A stretch of DNA of 64,000 nt, taken from positions 8,432,001 to 8,496,000 of the forward strand of contig CATNEN010000039.1 in the NCBI GenBank assembly GCA_950097015.1, read 5' to 3'. Below, one piece after another: positions 25,734 through 38,156 of this stretch. The notes beneath the pieces are model-generated. The model was not told where the DNA came from and ran no database searches. It worked only from the letters and a program-made list of their open reading frames with translations. Origin of the DNA: Macrostomum hystrix. Its lineage: Eukaryota > Animalia > Platyhelminthes. The position numbers were made by a program, and so were the translations under genes. The stretch's first letter is position 1, and each line of letters begins with the position of its first letter.

Positions 25734-28700
25734 ATGGAGCGAATAAGCACCAATCTGGAAGTAAAGTCCGGCTTCTTGCTGAAGAAGTCTCAAAATCGAC
25801 ACTTTTTTACTAGAGAAAATTACAAGCGAAGATTCTTTTCATTGACGCCAACAAGCCTCCAGTACTTTGAGCCCTCTGAAGATGTAATTATTTGAACCCA
25901 TTTTTAATTCAGTCCTAGAATCCCACTTCAGTAACAGGATCGCATCTACATTCGCACTAGAAATCATGAGATCCCATCTAGCCTCAGACACAAAAAAATT
26001 ATAATTAGAAATTCTAGGATCCCATCTAGACTCAAACTAAAAGATCCCCATAATCTGTAGCCTCTCTAATGTAACTCACGCAGAATCCGCGGCACAAGCT
26101 CAAGGGTCGCATCTTTCTGGCGCTAATGCGGGTGGTGGAGACTGTACAGCGTGGCGCATTCGACAGTCATCAGTCGCCGGATCAAACTAGCGACTCCTGC
26201 GCCCTTCAGATTGTGTACGTGGAGGACGCGTACGACACCTTCTACACAATGTATGCTCAGGCGCCCAGCCAATCAGAGCGCGACGCCTGGCTAGCCGCTG
26301 TCAGGCATCACGCGGCATTGCGTTGCGCCAAGTTCGCGCCAGTCTATCATCCGGGCGTCTGGCGGGCGGGTCGGTTCGCCTGCTGCTCCACCGGTGACAA
26401 GCGCGCACCGGGCTGTCAACCCGCCACACCGCATGACGCCGCCGCCCCCAATGCACCGCAGAGTGTCGAAGGCAATGGGCTCAGTCGGATTCCTTTGGCG
26501 CCTCATAGCAGGTCGCTTTCTAATCTTCAGCAGCAGCAGCAGCAGGCGAATCCTGCCGGAGCCACAGCTGTGACTCCTGGAGCCGCTGTTGATGACAGTC
26601 CGGGTGCTGCAGCGGCGGCGCCTTTGGCACCAAATCCAGCTGGCGACAACATTGTAGTGGCTATTCACAGTTTCCGTCCAATGCGGGAGAACCAGATTGC
26701 ATTGGAAAAGGTAAAAGGCATATAAAATGTGTAGACTCGGGTGCTCCAGTTCACCCAGCTATAAAACTTTTACTAGCAGATCTGTTCTGGAACTTTTGGT
26801 TGGTGTGACAGCCTCCCCAGTCCGCGGACAAATTAGATGTACACACCCTGCTGCAGTTGGTGTGAGCCTCCCCAGTCGACGGACCAAACAGATGTACACC
26901 GCCTGCTGCAATAGCTGCGGCTGAGCCATGTTCCGTGCATGGGGCCAGCTCGGCTAGGTGTCATTTATTAAATCTATTCTATATAGATGTGGTGACTGTG
27001 GTCGTTACGCGATCCCAGGCCTGCAGTACCATTAAGTAAACTACGGGTAATCACTGAACCAGGCGTTATGACGCTGACGCAGTACTACTAAAGCAAGATC
27101 GTACAATACGGACCTGGCACTCCGATAGTAAAAAGCACGATTGCAGCGCTTACCGGTCGAAACGCAGAATGACGCAGGTGGCTTCTCCGACAAGTTATTT
27201 CGGTGTATTTGATTTCTTTCAGGCAATAAAATGAGTCTTCGCAGTAAGAGACAGTCTTGGCGGCTCGAGGGTCAAACGCGATCACAAGAAGCGCACAAGA
27301 GGTGCCCCGGCATGGTCAGAAAATAACAAAAATAGGGCGGGGTGGGGTTGTACGCGCTGGCGGGTCAGACGGGCAAAACTGATTGGCTGGAGGGTTAGGG
27401 TTAGGCTGGGGTAAGGGTTTACAGACTGCGCCCAGCCAATCAGGTGGCGGCTCAGGGTACGCAGAGCAGGGAAGAGGGTGAGAGTGTGAGGCCGTGACCG
27501 AGTCAACCAAATTGGGCCTAAAACAACGGGCTGGCGGGCAGCCGACACGCTTTCGCGTTAGTCAGTTACTTCGAAGATTCTAAGAAAGTTTTTGTTTTCG
27601 CAAATTTCAGGGCAATCGCTACGTTGTTGTCGATGGCTCAAATGCCAAGTGGTGGTACGTGCGCGATGCAGCTGGGTGAGTTTGCTGACTTTCAAGTTCC
27701 TATCGGTGTTGCTGCCTATTTTAAAGCGTTTATTTGGGTTGCACAAAAAGTTTTTTTAACGCTTTATTTCAGTGAATGCGGCTATATACCATCCAACTAC
27801 ATTCGCAAGCCAGACAGCTTGGAGACTTTCGAGTGAGTGCTCAGTATGAGTAGTCCTGCCCATTTCTGCATGGTATTTGATTGTGATTTGGTTACTAACT
27901 CACTAATGCAGTGCTAACTAAAGACTTGCGGGTGTGGGATCTGCTAATTTGTGCCTCACAGGTGTGGGATCTGCTAATTTAAGACTCACGGGTGTGGGAT
28001 CTGCTCATTTAAGACTAACGGGTGTGGGATCTGATAATTTGAGACTCACGGGTGTGGGATCTCTTCTTGCTGGCTTCAAACGTGTTTCTTTCTAAAGCAG
28101 ATTTTCGCAGATTGCTCAACTGACCCTGAGCCGCATTTGTCCCCCGCTGACAGTTGGTACTACCGCAAGATCAGCAGGCAAAGAGCGGAACATATGCTGC
28201 TAGATGCCGGCCGAAAAGAGGGCTGCTTTCTAGTCCGCGACTCGGTGTCAAAACAGGACGCCTACACTCTCTCAGTGATGGCCAAGGATGCTAACAAGTC
28301 AGTTCGAGCAAATATTAAATATCGTTATTTTAATTACATAATGTATATACTTTCTTTCTACTATCAGTAGACAGTAGCGAATAAATTTTACTGACATTTT
28401 ACAGCCGAAGCGAATGGCGAGTTCATCACTACCACATTAACATGACTGAAGACAATCAGTATTACCTGTCGGAGAAGCACGCATTTCCGTCCATTCCCGA
28501 GCTAATCTATTATCACAAGCACAATTCCGGGGGTAAGTTTTTATTTGTTTTTACTGCTGGGTAAGCTTGGGTTGAGATAGTAGGATTCGAACTCCCGACC
28601 TCTCAATCCAGGCTTAGTTGTTCGCCTCCGATCGCCGCCAAGTCTGGGCCAGGAGGCGCCGGCGCCGGCGGGTCTCGGCTTCGACGAGCTGGAAGTTGAC

Positions 28701-30164
28701 CCGACCGAGTTGCGCCTGGATGCCGAGCCGGTCGGCCGTGGCCAATTCGGCGAAGTTCGTCGCGGACTGCTCCGCGGCACTCAGGTTGCAGTCAAGCTGA
28801 TGCTGGACGGCAACATGGCTGAGGACGACTTCATTGAGGAGGCCAGGAATATGCGCAACCTGAACCATCCTAACCTGGTGCAGCTGTTCGGTGTTGTCAC
28901 CAAATCCAAACCAGTCATGATCATCACTGACTTTATGCCCTACGGCTCACTCAAGGACTTTCTCAGGAGCAGGCGGGGCCATTATCTGAAGTCGAATCGA
29001 GTGGCAGCCCTGCTTGATATTTGCAATCAGGTGGCCGTGGCGATGATGTATCTGGAGGAGCGCAATGTCATCCATCGAGATTTGGCTTCGAGGAACATCT
29101 TGGTCAAGTCTGTGCTTCACGTGCATGGCTATATTGAGGTAAGATCTGGCTTCAGTGTCGGGGCTCTGTCTGCTAGCCGGGGTTCTTCGGGGACGGAGTG
29201 AGGTGGGGCTGCGAAGGGGTAAGGGAGTGAGATGGGGCTGCTAGGGGTAAGGGAGTGAGGTGGGGCTGCGAAGGGGTAAGGGAGTGAGGTGGGGCTGCAA
29301 GGGGTAAGGGAGTGAGGTGGGGCTGCAAGGGGTAAGGGAGTGAGATGGGGCTGCTAGGGGTAAGGGAGTGAGGTGGGGCTGCGAAGGGGTAAGGGAGTGA
29401 GGTGGGGCTGCAAGGGGTAAGGGAGTGAGGTGGGGCTGCGAGGGGTAAAGGTGTTAGGTGGGGCTGCGAGGGGTAAGGGAGTGAGGTGGGGCTACGAGGG
29501 GTAAGGGAGTGAGGTGGGGCTGCGAGGGGTAAGGGAGTGAGGTGGGGCTGCGAGGGGTAAGGGAGTGAGGTGGGGCTGCGAGGGGTAAGGGAGTGAGGTG
29601 GGGCTACGAGGGGTAAGGGAGTGAGGTGGGGCTTATTGCAATCGGAGGGAGTGAGATGGGGCTGACTTCAGGGGAAAGAAAGTGAGGTGGGGCTGACTGT
29701 GGAAGTGAGTGATGTGCGGAGTAAGGGTTGTATATACAACCTAAAAACTCAGTTAAGCAACTGATCCGCAGGTAAAAGTTAGCGATTTCGGCATGGCGCG
29801 GTTCCTCCTGGACCAGGAGTACGACGCCTCGGCGGGGTCCAAGTTTCCAGTCCGCTGGGCGGCTCCCGAGGTGTTCCAGTGCAACAAATACAGCGGGCGC
29901 TCCGATGTCTGGGCATTCGGCGTGCTGATGTGGGAGGTATTTACCGCCTGCGACATGCCCTACCAGGGAAAGTCCAATCCGGAGGTGTGCGAGTACGTGA
30001 TGGATGGCGGCATGCTGGAGAAACCGCGGCTGTGTCCGGAACAGCAGGTGTACAACTATGTCATGCTGGAGTGCTGGAGGCCCAGTCCGGCAGACAGGCC
30101 TTCCTTTAGCGCCATCGTGGCCAAGTTTGATACGCTGTTAGAGAGCAGCAACGCTCTGCGCTGA
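25734..30164 (+). CDS. Tec/Btk-family non-receptor tyrosine kinase (PH-BTK zinc motif-SH3-SH2-kinase), 8 exons
   Basis: Exons 25734-25883, 26084-26710, 27611-27675, 27773-27832, 28154-28297, 28405-28532, 28612-29138 and 29772-30164, all GT-AG and phase-consistent. PH KKSQ…NYKRRFF, BTK motif YHPGVW…CC…APGC, SH3 WW…GYIPSNY, SH2 EGCFLVRDS…HKHNSGGLV.RL, kinase [30 protein letters not shown]. Confidence 0.95.
27928..28062. repeat. Intronic tandem repeat, 30-bp unit GGTGTGGGATCTGCTAATTTAAGACTCACG
   Basis: About 4.5 copies in Tec intron 4. Confidence 0.85.
29195..29697 (+). repeat. G-rich intronic minisatellite, about 28-bp unit GGGAGTGAGGTGGGGCTGCGAGGGGTAA
   Basis: Tandem array filling Tec intron 7. 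Confidence 0.95.
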
Positions 30165-30197
30165 CTGGCTCCAGGCTGGGCTTCCAATGTGTTGAGT

Positions 30198-32021
30198 CAG
30201 TGGCGGATTCTGTGTTTGATAGTTGGACGGGCGCAGTCACAAATATTCCTCTAACCACCCTATAAATATTCATGACATGCAGTGCAGTTTAATCAATTAG
30301 AAATTGTCAATAAGAGCATTGGCAGGCCTTAACAACATGTAGTCAGATGCAAACCTCAAGGCTCCTGCATATACATTTGTAGCCCTCTTGTAACACCACC
30401 TCCCGTGTCTCATCTCTCCCTTGTCTCATCTCTCCCTTGTCTCATTTCTCCCGTGTCTCATCTCTCCCTTGTCTCATCTCTTACCTGTCTCATCTCTTAT
30501 TGTCTCATTTCTCCATTGTCTCATCTGTCCCATGTCTCATCTCTTACCTGTCTCATCTCTTATTGTCTCATTTCTCAATTGTCTCATTTCTCCCTTGTCT
30601 CATCTCTCCCTTGTCTCATCTCTCCCTTGTCTCATTTCTCCCGTGTCTCATCTCTCCCTTGTCTCATTTCTCCCGTGTCTCATCTCTCCCGTGTCTCATC
30701 TCTCCCTTGTCTCATTTCTCCCGTGTCTCATCTCTCCCTTGTCTCATCTTTCCCTTGTCTCATCTCTTATTGTCTCATCTCTCCCTTGTCTCATTTCTCC
30801 CGTGTCTCATCTCTCCCTTGTCTCATTTCTCCTGTGTCTCATCTCTCCCGTGTCTCATCTCTCCCTTGTCTCATTTCTCCCGTGTCTCATCTCTCCCTTG
30901 TCTCATTTCTCCCGTGTCTCATCTCTCCCTTGTCTCATCTCTCCTTTGTCTCATCTCTTACCTGTCTCATCTCTTATTGTCTCATTTCTCCATTGTCTCA
31001 TTTCTCCCTTGTCTCATCTTTCCCTTGTCTCATCTCTCCCTTGTCTCATCTTTCCCTTGTCTCATCTCTCCCTTGTCTCATCTCTCCATTGTCTCATCTC
31101 TCCCTTGTCTCATCTCTCCCTTGTCTCATCTTTCCCTTGTCTCATCTCTTATTGTCTCATTTCTCCATTGTCTCATCTGTCCCTTGTCTCATCTCTTACC
31201 TGTCTCATCTCTTATTGTCTCATTTCTCCATTGTCTCATCTGTCCCTTGTCTCATCTCTTACCTGTCTCATCTCTTATTGTCTCATTTCTCCATTGTCTC
31301 ATTTCTCCCTTGTCTCATCTTTCCCTTGTCTCATCTCTCCCTTGTCTCATCTCTCCCTTGTCTCATCTCTTACTGTCCCATTTCTCCCTTGTCTCATCTC
31401 TCCATTGTCTCATCTCTCCCTTGTCTCATCTCTCCCTTGTCTCATCTTTCCCTTGTCTCATCTCTTATTGTCTCATTTCTCCCTTGTCTCATCTCTTACC
31501 TGTCTCATCTCTTACCTGTCTCATCTCTTATTGTCTCATTTCTCCATTGTCTCATCTGTCCCTTGTCTCATCTCTTACCTGTCTCATCTCTTATTGTCTC
31601 ATTTCTTCCTTGTCTCATCTCTTACCTGTCTCATCTCTTATTGTCTCATTTCTCCCTTGTCTCATCTCTCCCTTGTCTCATCTCTCCCTTGTCTCATATC
31701 TTCCATGTCTCATCCTCCCTGTCTCACCTCACCCTTGTCTCATCTTTTCCGTCTTATCTCTTCCTTGTCGGATTGCTCCCCTGGGATATCCGGCCAATTG
31801 TCCCTCTTGAATTCTTTGCTTTGCCTGCGAGGCACAGGGCCATGTTGACTCCCGCTTTAGGATATTTATAAAATCTAAGTAGATTAAAATAATTCAATTA
31901 CCTTCTACCGATTTTCAATCGTTAGAGCATGGTCAGTAGAAACGGAGACAGTTTCCATAAAAAGCAGTTAGTTAAAATTTGATGAGAAATGTCCGCCAGC
32001 TTGTTGCAGCATCCGCCACTG
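30198..32021. mobile_element. Putative non-autonomous TIR element carrying an internal satellite
   Basis: Perfect 11-bp TIR CAGTGGCGGAT…ATCCGCCACTG, with AGT on both flanks. Confidence 0.6.
30404..31745. repeat. Pyrimidine-rich minisatellite, 16-bp unit TGTCTCATCTCTCCCT and variants
   Basis: Tandem array of roughly 80 units. Confidence 0.97.
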
Positions 32022-32532
32022 AGTCTCTTTTGTTCTGCTTTTTTTGCTAGGCTAAAACTATTATCCGAAATTTTAATTGCAAATCTTCGTTTTGGAACGT
32101 TTTTTTAGCAAGAGGCGAAACAGCTGCCCGCTGCTGTATCGGCGCCAGTATTTTACATTAGATCTATGATACTACTACCGAGTTAGTAATATAAGGCGTT
32201 TGTTTTCAGTAGCACTACCAGCAAGGAGTTTTGGCCTTGTGGTTGAGCTGCCTGATTAGAACCGCTACTCTGTGTGTTATTTTTTGTTAACTTATATGGC
32301 CTTCGAATTCGTGAAGCAGTATTTGTACAGCTCCTGTCTGACCCATCGTGTGTGTACTAGATTTCTGGCGAACATTGTTCTGTCTTTCTGCCTGTCTACT
32401 AAATTGCTTGCGTCTGCCTGCTTCCGCTTATTTTTTTGCATTGATTCAGGTTTGTAAATTCAGTTTAAGAATTCGATTAAGTAGTTTAACATGAAACTAC
32501 GATTTTTTTAATAGATTATGTACTTCGACAGC

Positions 32533-33092
32533 GGATTATCAAGCTTGAGAATGGATTATCTAGTTTGAGAATGGATTATCTAGTTTGAGAATCGATTATC
32601 TAGTTTGAGAATGGATTATCTAATTTGAGAATGGATTATCTAGTTTGAGAATGGATTATCTAGTTTGAGAATGGATTATCTAGTTTGAGAATGGATTATC
32701 TAGTTTGAGAATGGATTATCTAGTTTGAGAATGGATTATCTAGTTTGAGAATGGATTATCTAGTTTGAGAATGGATTATCTAGTTTGAGAATGGATTATC
32801 TAGTTTGAGTATGGATTATCTAGTTTGAGAATGGATTATCTAGTTTGAGAATGGATTATCTAGTTTGAGAATGGATTATCTAGTTTGAGAATGGATTATC
32901 TAGTTTGAGAATGGATTATCTAGTTTGAGAATGGATTATCTAGTTTGAGAATGGATTATCTAGTTTGAGAATGGATTATCTAGTTTGAGAATGGATTATC
33001 TAGTTTGAGAATGGATTATCTAGTTTGAGAATGGATTATCTAGTTTGAGAATGGATTATCTAGTTTGAGAATGGATTATCTAGTTTGAGAAT
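32533..33092. repeat. Minisatellite, 20-bp unit ATGGATTATCTAGTTTGAGA
   Basis: About 27 near-identical copies. Confidence 0.98.
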
Positions 33093-33493
33093 ATATTTTC
33101 TATATCGTAGATTGAGAACTAATTATTAAGTCAATTAGTATTAATTTATGGTAAACAATAATTTTTTTCACTAAACAATTTTTTCGATCGTACTTGATTT
33201 CTGCTTTTTATTGTAAAACTTAACGCGCTTCTTGCTATCTCTCTTCCTTTCTTTCTCTGACTCTCCCGGAAATCCGTCTGCTTCCAGAATTTCTGTTGCG
33301 CAAAGGTTTGCCTTAGTATACAAAAATTAACGACCTACTTACTAATAGGCGCACTTGAGATTTCCGCTATTGGCGTATATTTGCTTATCAAAATATTGCT
33401 GTCCAGCTAACGACACAATCTTTCACTTGCGAGCTGTCTTCCTGCTTAATCTCGAATTGCCATTTCGAGCCGCATTCTTCCTCTGCATCCAGT

Positions 33494-35686
33494 CTCTCAG
33501 GTCCCAGATCCCAGATTGGTGTTGCAGTCTCCCAGATCCCAGATTGGTGTTGCAGTCTCCCAGATCCCAGATTGGTGTTGCCAGTCTCCCAGATCCCAGA
33601 TTGGTGTTGCCAGTCTCCCAGATCCCAGATTGGTGTTGCAGTCTCCCAGATCCCAGATTGGTGTTGCAGTCTCCCAGATCCCAGATTGGTGTTGCAGTCT
33701 CCCAGATCCCAGATTGGTGTTGCAGTCTCCCAGATCCCAGATTGGTGTTGCAGTCTCCCAGATCCCAGATTGGTGTTGCCAGTCTCCCAGATCCCAGATT
33801 GGTGTTGCAGTCTCCCAGATCCCAGATTGGTGTTGCCAGTCTCCCAGATCCCAGATTGGTGTTGCAGTCTCCCAGATCCCAGATTGGTGTTGCAGTCTCC
33901 CAGATCCCAGATTGGTGTTGCAGTCTCCCAGATCCCAGATTGGTGTTGCAGTCTCCCAGATCCCAGATTGGTGTTGCCAGCCTCCCAGATCCCAGATTGG
34001 TGTTGCAGTCTCCCAGATCCCAGATTGGTGTTGCCAGTCTCCCAGATCCCAGATTGGTGTTGCAGTCTCCCAGATCCCAGATTGGTGTTGCAGTCTCCCA
34101 GATCCCAGATTGGTGTTGCAGTCTCCCAGATCCCAGATTGGTGTTGCAGTCTCCCAGATCCCAGATTGGTGTTGCAGTCTCCCAGATCCCAGATTGGTGT
34201 TGCCAGCCTCCCAGATCCCAGATTGGTGTTGCCAGTCTCCCAGATCCCAGATTGGTGTTGCCGGTCTCCCAGATCCCAGATTGGTGTTGCAGTCTCCCAG
34301 ATCCCAGATTGGTGTTGCAGTCTCCCAGATCCCAGATTGGTGTTGCCAGTCTCCCAGATCCCAGATTGGTGTTGCCAGCCTCCCAGATCCCAGATTGGTG
34401 TTGCCAGTCTCCCAGATCCCAGATTGGTGTTGCCGGTCTCCCAGATCCCAGATTGGTGTTGCAGTCTCCCAGATCCCAGATTGGTGTTGCCAGTCTCCCA
34501 GATTGGTGTTGCCAGCCTCCCAGATCCCAGATTGGTGTTGCCAGTCTCCCAGATCCCAGATTGGTGTTGCAGTCTCCCAGATCCCAGATCCCAGATTGGT
34601 GTTGCCAGTCTCCCAGATCCCAGATTGGTGTTGCAGTCTCCCAGATCCCAGATCCCAGATTGGTGTTGCCAGTCTCCCAGATCCCAGATTGGTGTTGCAG
34701 TCTCCCAGATCCCAGATTGGTGTTGCAGTCTCCCAGATCCCAGATTGGTGTTGCCAGCCTCCCAGATTGGTGTTGCCAGCCTCCCAGATTGGTGTTGCCA
34801 GCCTCCCAGATCCCAGATTGGTGTTGCCAGTCTCCCAGATCCCAGATTGGTGTTGCCAGTCTCCCAGATCCCAGATTGGTGTTGCAGTCTCCCAGATCCC
34901 AGATCCCAGATTGGTGTTGCCAGTCTCCCAGATCCCAGATTGGTGTTGCCAGTCTCCCAGATCCCAGATTGGTGTTGCAGTCTCCCAGATTGGTGTTGCC
35001 AGCCTCCCAGATCCCAGATTGGTGTTGCCAGTCTCCCAGATTGGTGTTGCCAGCCTCCCAGATCCCAGATTGGTGTTGCCAGTCTCCCAGATCCCAGATT
35101 GGTGTTGCAGTCTCCCAGATCCCAGATTGGTGTTGCCAGCCTCCCAGATCCCAGATTGGTGTTGCCAGTCTCCCAGATCCCAGATTGGTGTTGCAGTCTC
35201 CCAGATCCCAGATCCCAGATTGGTGTTGCCAGTCTCCCAGATCCCAGATTGGTGTTGCCAGTCTCCCAGATCCCAGATTGGTGTTGCAGTCTCCCAGATT
35301 GGTGTTGCCAGCCTCCCAGATCCCAGATTGGTGTTGCCAGTCTCCCAGATCCCAGATTGGTGTTGCCAGTCTCCCAGATTGGTGTTGCCAGTCTCCCAGA
35401 TCCCAGATTGGTGTTGCAGTCTCCCAGATCCCAGATCCCAGATTGGTGTTGCCAGTCTCCCAGATCCCAGATTGGTGTTGCCAGTCTCCCAGATCCCAGA
35501 TTGGTGTTGCAGTCTCCCAGATCCCAGATTGGTGTTGCAGTCTCCCAGATCCCAGATTGGTGTTGCAGTCTCCCAGATCTCAGATTGGTGTTGCAGTCTC
35601 CCAGATCCCAGATTGGTGTTGCCAGCCTCCCAGATCCCAGATTGGTGTTGCAGTCTCCCAGATCCCAGATTGGTGTTGCCAGCCTC
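33494..35686. repeat. Minisatellite, 28/29-bp unit CCCAGATCCCAGATTGGTGTTG(C)CAGTCT
   Basis: 2.2-kb array; the internal CCCAGAT occurs 1-3 times per unit. Confidence 0.98.
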
Positions 35687-36270
35687 ATAGACTCCACCCC
35701 AAGCCTACTAATCCGTTGCATGCGTTAGCTTGAAAATGTCATGGAGTTACATTTTCTGCGTAACTCAAATGCCGATTTTCAGTGCTTGCTAAAGCGCAAC
35801 GACCAAACAAAAAGTTATGTTATCGATATTTTCTATGATATTGATTAACAGGCAAACAGGCCAAACATTTCATAGTCTCCCAATGCTTTAAACTGTTAGA
35901 CTGGGCATCTGTACAATAAATATGCAAATTATATTTTGTCGCCACTTATAACTTAATTAAACTTATTTTATATAATCACTCAGTCAAGTCAGCTGTGTTT
36001 ATGCTGCTGCTGCTGCTGCTGCTGTTGATAATATTTTTGTAATTTTGTACACAATTTTTAGCAGAGACGACACCAAAGAGGTAAACATGAAAACCTGCAC
36101 TGTACCTATAATAAATATATACGAATACTGACCCGCCAAATCAGCGCTGAAGCTTGCAGCTGTACATTCGGCTGCACCGCCTTTCACTGCATCGACATTT
36201 TGCAAGCGTAAGAAACTGAGCGACTTATTGTTTCTCTTTTTAAATGAATTCTTGTTTGTCTGCTCGACCT

Positions 36271-37350
36271 TCCCACTGCCAGCCATCCAGCGAGTGTCAT
36301 CCCCACTGCCAGCTATCCAGCGAGTGTCATCCCCACTGCCAGCTATCCAGCGAGTGTCATCCCCACTGCCAGCTATCCAGCGAGTGTCATCCCCACTGCC
36401 AGCTATCCAGCGAGTGTCATCCCCACTGCCAGCTATCCAGCGAGTGTCATTCCCACTGCCAGCTATCCAGCGAGTGTCATTCCCACTGCCAGCTATCCAG
36501 CGAGTGTCATCCCCACTGCCAGCTATCCAGCGAGTGTCATTCCCACTGCCAGCTATCCAGCGAGTGTCATCCCCACTGCCAGCTATCCAGCGAGTGTCAT
36601 CCCCACTGCCAGCTATCCAGCGAGTGTCATCCCCACTGCCAGCTATCCAGCGAGTGTCATCCCCACTGCCAGCTATCCAGCGAGTGTCATCCCCACTGCC
36701 AGCTATCCAGCGAGTGTCATCCCACTGCCAGCTATCCAGCGAGTGTCATTCCCACTGCCAGCTATCCAGCGAGTGTCATCCCACTGCCAGCTATCCAGCG
36801 AGTGTCATCCCCACTGCCAGCTATCCAGCGAGTGTCATTCCCACTGCCAGCTATCCAGCGAGTGTCATTCCCACTGCCAGCTATCCAGCGAGTGTCATCC
36901 CCACTGCCAGCTATCCAGCGAGTGTCATACCCACTGCCAGCTATCCAGCGAGTGTCATCCCACTGCCAGCTATCCAGCGAGTGTCATTCCCACTGCCAGC
37001 TATCCAGCGAGTGTCATCCCCACTGCCAGCTATCCAGCGAGTGTCATCCCCACTGCCAGCTATCCAGCGAGTGTCATTCCCACTGCCAGCTATCCAATCA
37101 GTTTGTCGTCCCCACTGCCAGCTATCCAATCAGTTTGTCATCCCCACTGCCAGCTATCCATCGAGTGTCATTCCTACTGCCAGCTATCCAGCGAGTGTCA
37201 TTCCCACTGCCAGCTATCCAATCAGTTTGTCATCCCCACTGCCAGCTATCCAATGAGTGTCATTCCTACTGCCAGCTATCCAATCAGTTTGTCGTCCCCA
37301 CTGCCAGCTATCCAGCGAGTGTCATTCCTACTGCCAGCTATCCAATGAGT
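36271..37350. repeat. Minisatellite, 30-bp unit CCCCACTGCCAGCTATCCAGCGAGTGTCAT
   Basis: About 36 copies, degenerating at the right end. Confidence 0.98.
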
Positions 37351-37365
37351 TGGCCCCGCTGCTTA

Positions 37366-37616
37366 TTTAGCAGCTACTGTTGTTTGAGACAGTTTTTCAT
37401 GGCTATGAACTCGTTTAGCAGTTGATGCTAGTTTTGCGCACCCTCTTAGAGGCAATAAGTATTTATCTATCTGATGTGCTTTATGCTAGTTTAAAATGCA
37501 AGGACAATATTTTCATATCTATACTAAATAACACTTGTGTTCAACGACACAAAGTGTTGTTTAGTAGTCCTTGTTTAAATGTTATAGTCGAACTCAAGTA
37601 GCCTTATAATTCAACT
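37366..37616 (+). repeat. Dispersed direct repeat, copy 1 (copy 2 at 42908-43071)
   Basis: Shared blocks agcagctactgttgt, tggctatga.ct.gtttagcagttgat.ctagttt.gcgcaccctcttagag.caa and atagtcgaact.a.gtagcc. Confidence 0.75.
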
Positions 37617-38156
37617 AAAAGTATAACAGTTGCTTTGAGAAATGCATCTAACCCTGCTACTTAGCTTAATGCAAACAATTCAACTAATGCCTGTTCATGC
37701 CCAAAAATGCTGGCCAGTGCACAGCAAGTGCCAGTTCAAATTTAGTGACAAGAAGACAAGAAAGGAAATTTTCATGCTAGGCTGTATTGCCTCTCGCCTC
37801 ATACAGTTGTCGCTAAAAAATGAGCTAGAAAACCAGTCCACTTTCCAGCATAAAGCGGGTAGGGTAGCCATCTCACCGCCGTGTACATATAGAATGTACA
37901 TTGATTAGAAAAGCCTCGTGCAGCTACGAGCTAGCTATACGCTCGTTTGTACACATAAATTTCACACTAAAATATAGCCTAGGCTTATGCGGTTGTGCCA
38001 TGGAATTGCCATGGATTTGCTTTCTTTCTGAAAGACTAAAAATGTTAGCTAAGCTACTAAGAAACCTACACAAACAGTTATCATAGCAACGATTATCACA
38101 AGAATTGTCTACTGAGTGGCTTGCTTGCAACAGAATAAGTCATTAGTAAGTTCCTC

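Noticed and set aside
27390-27422. Telomere-like GGTTAGGGTTAGG tract
   Set aside because: Only about two perfect units, within a probable unclassified intronic insertion; too short to call.
30405-37425. Several 340-790 aa ORFs
   Set aside because: All are translations of minisatellites that are open in multiple frames.
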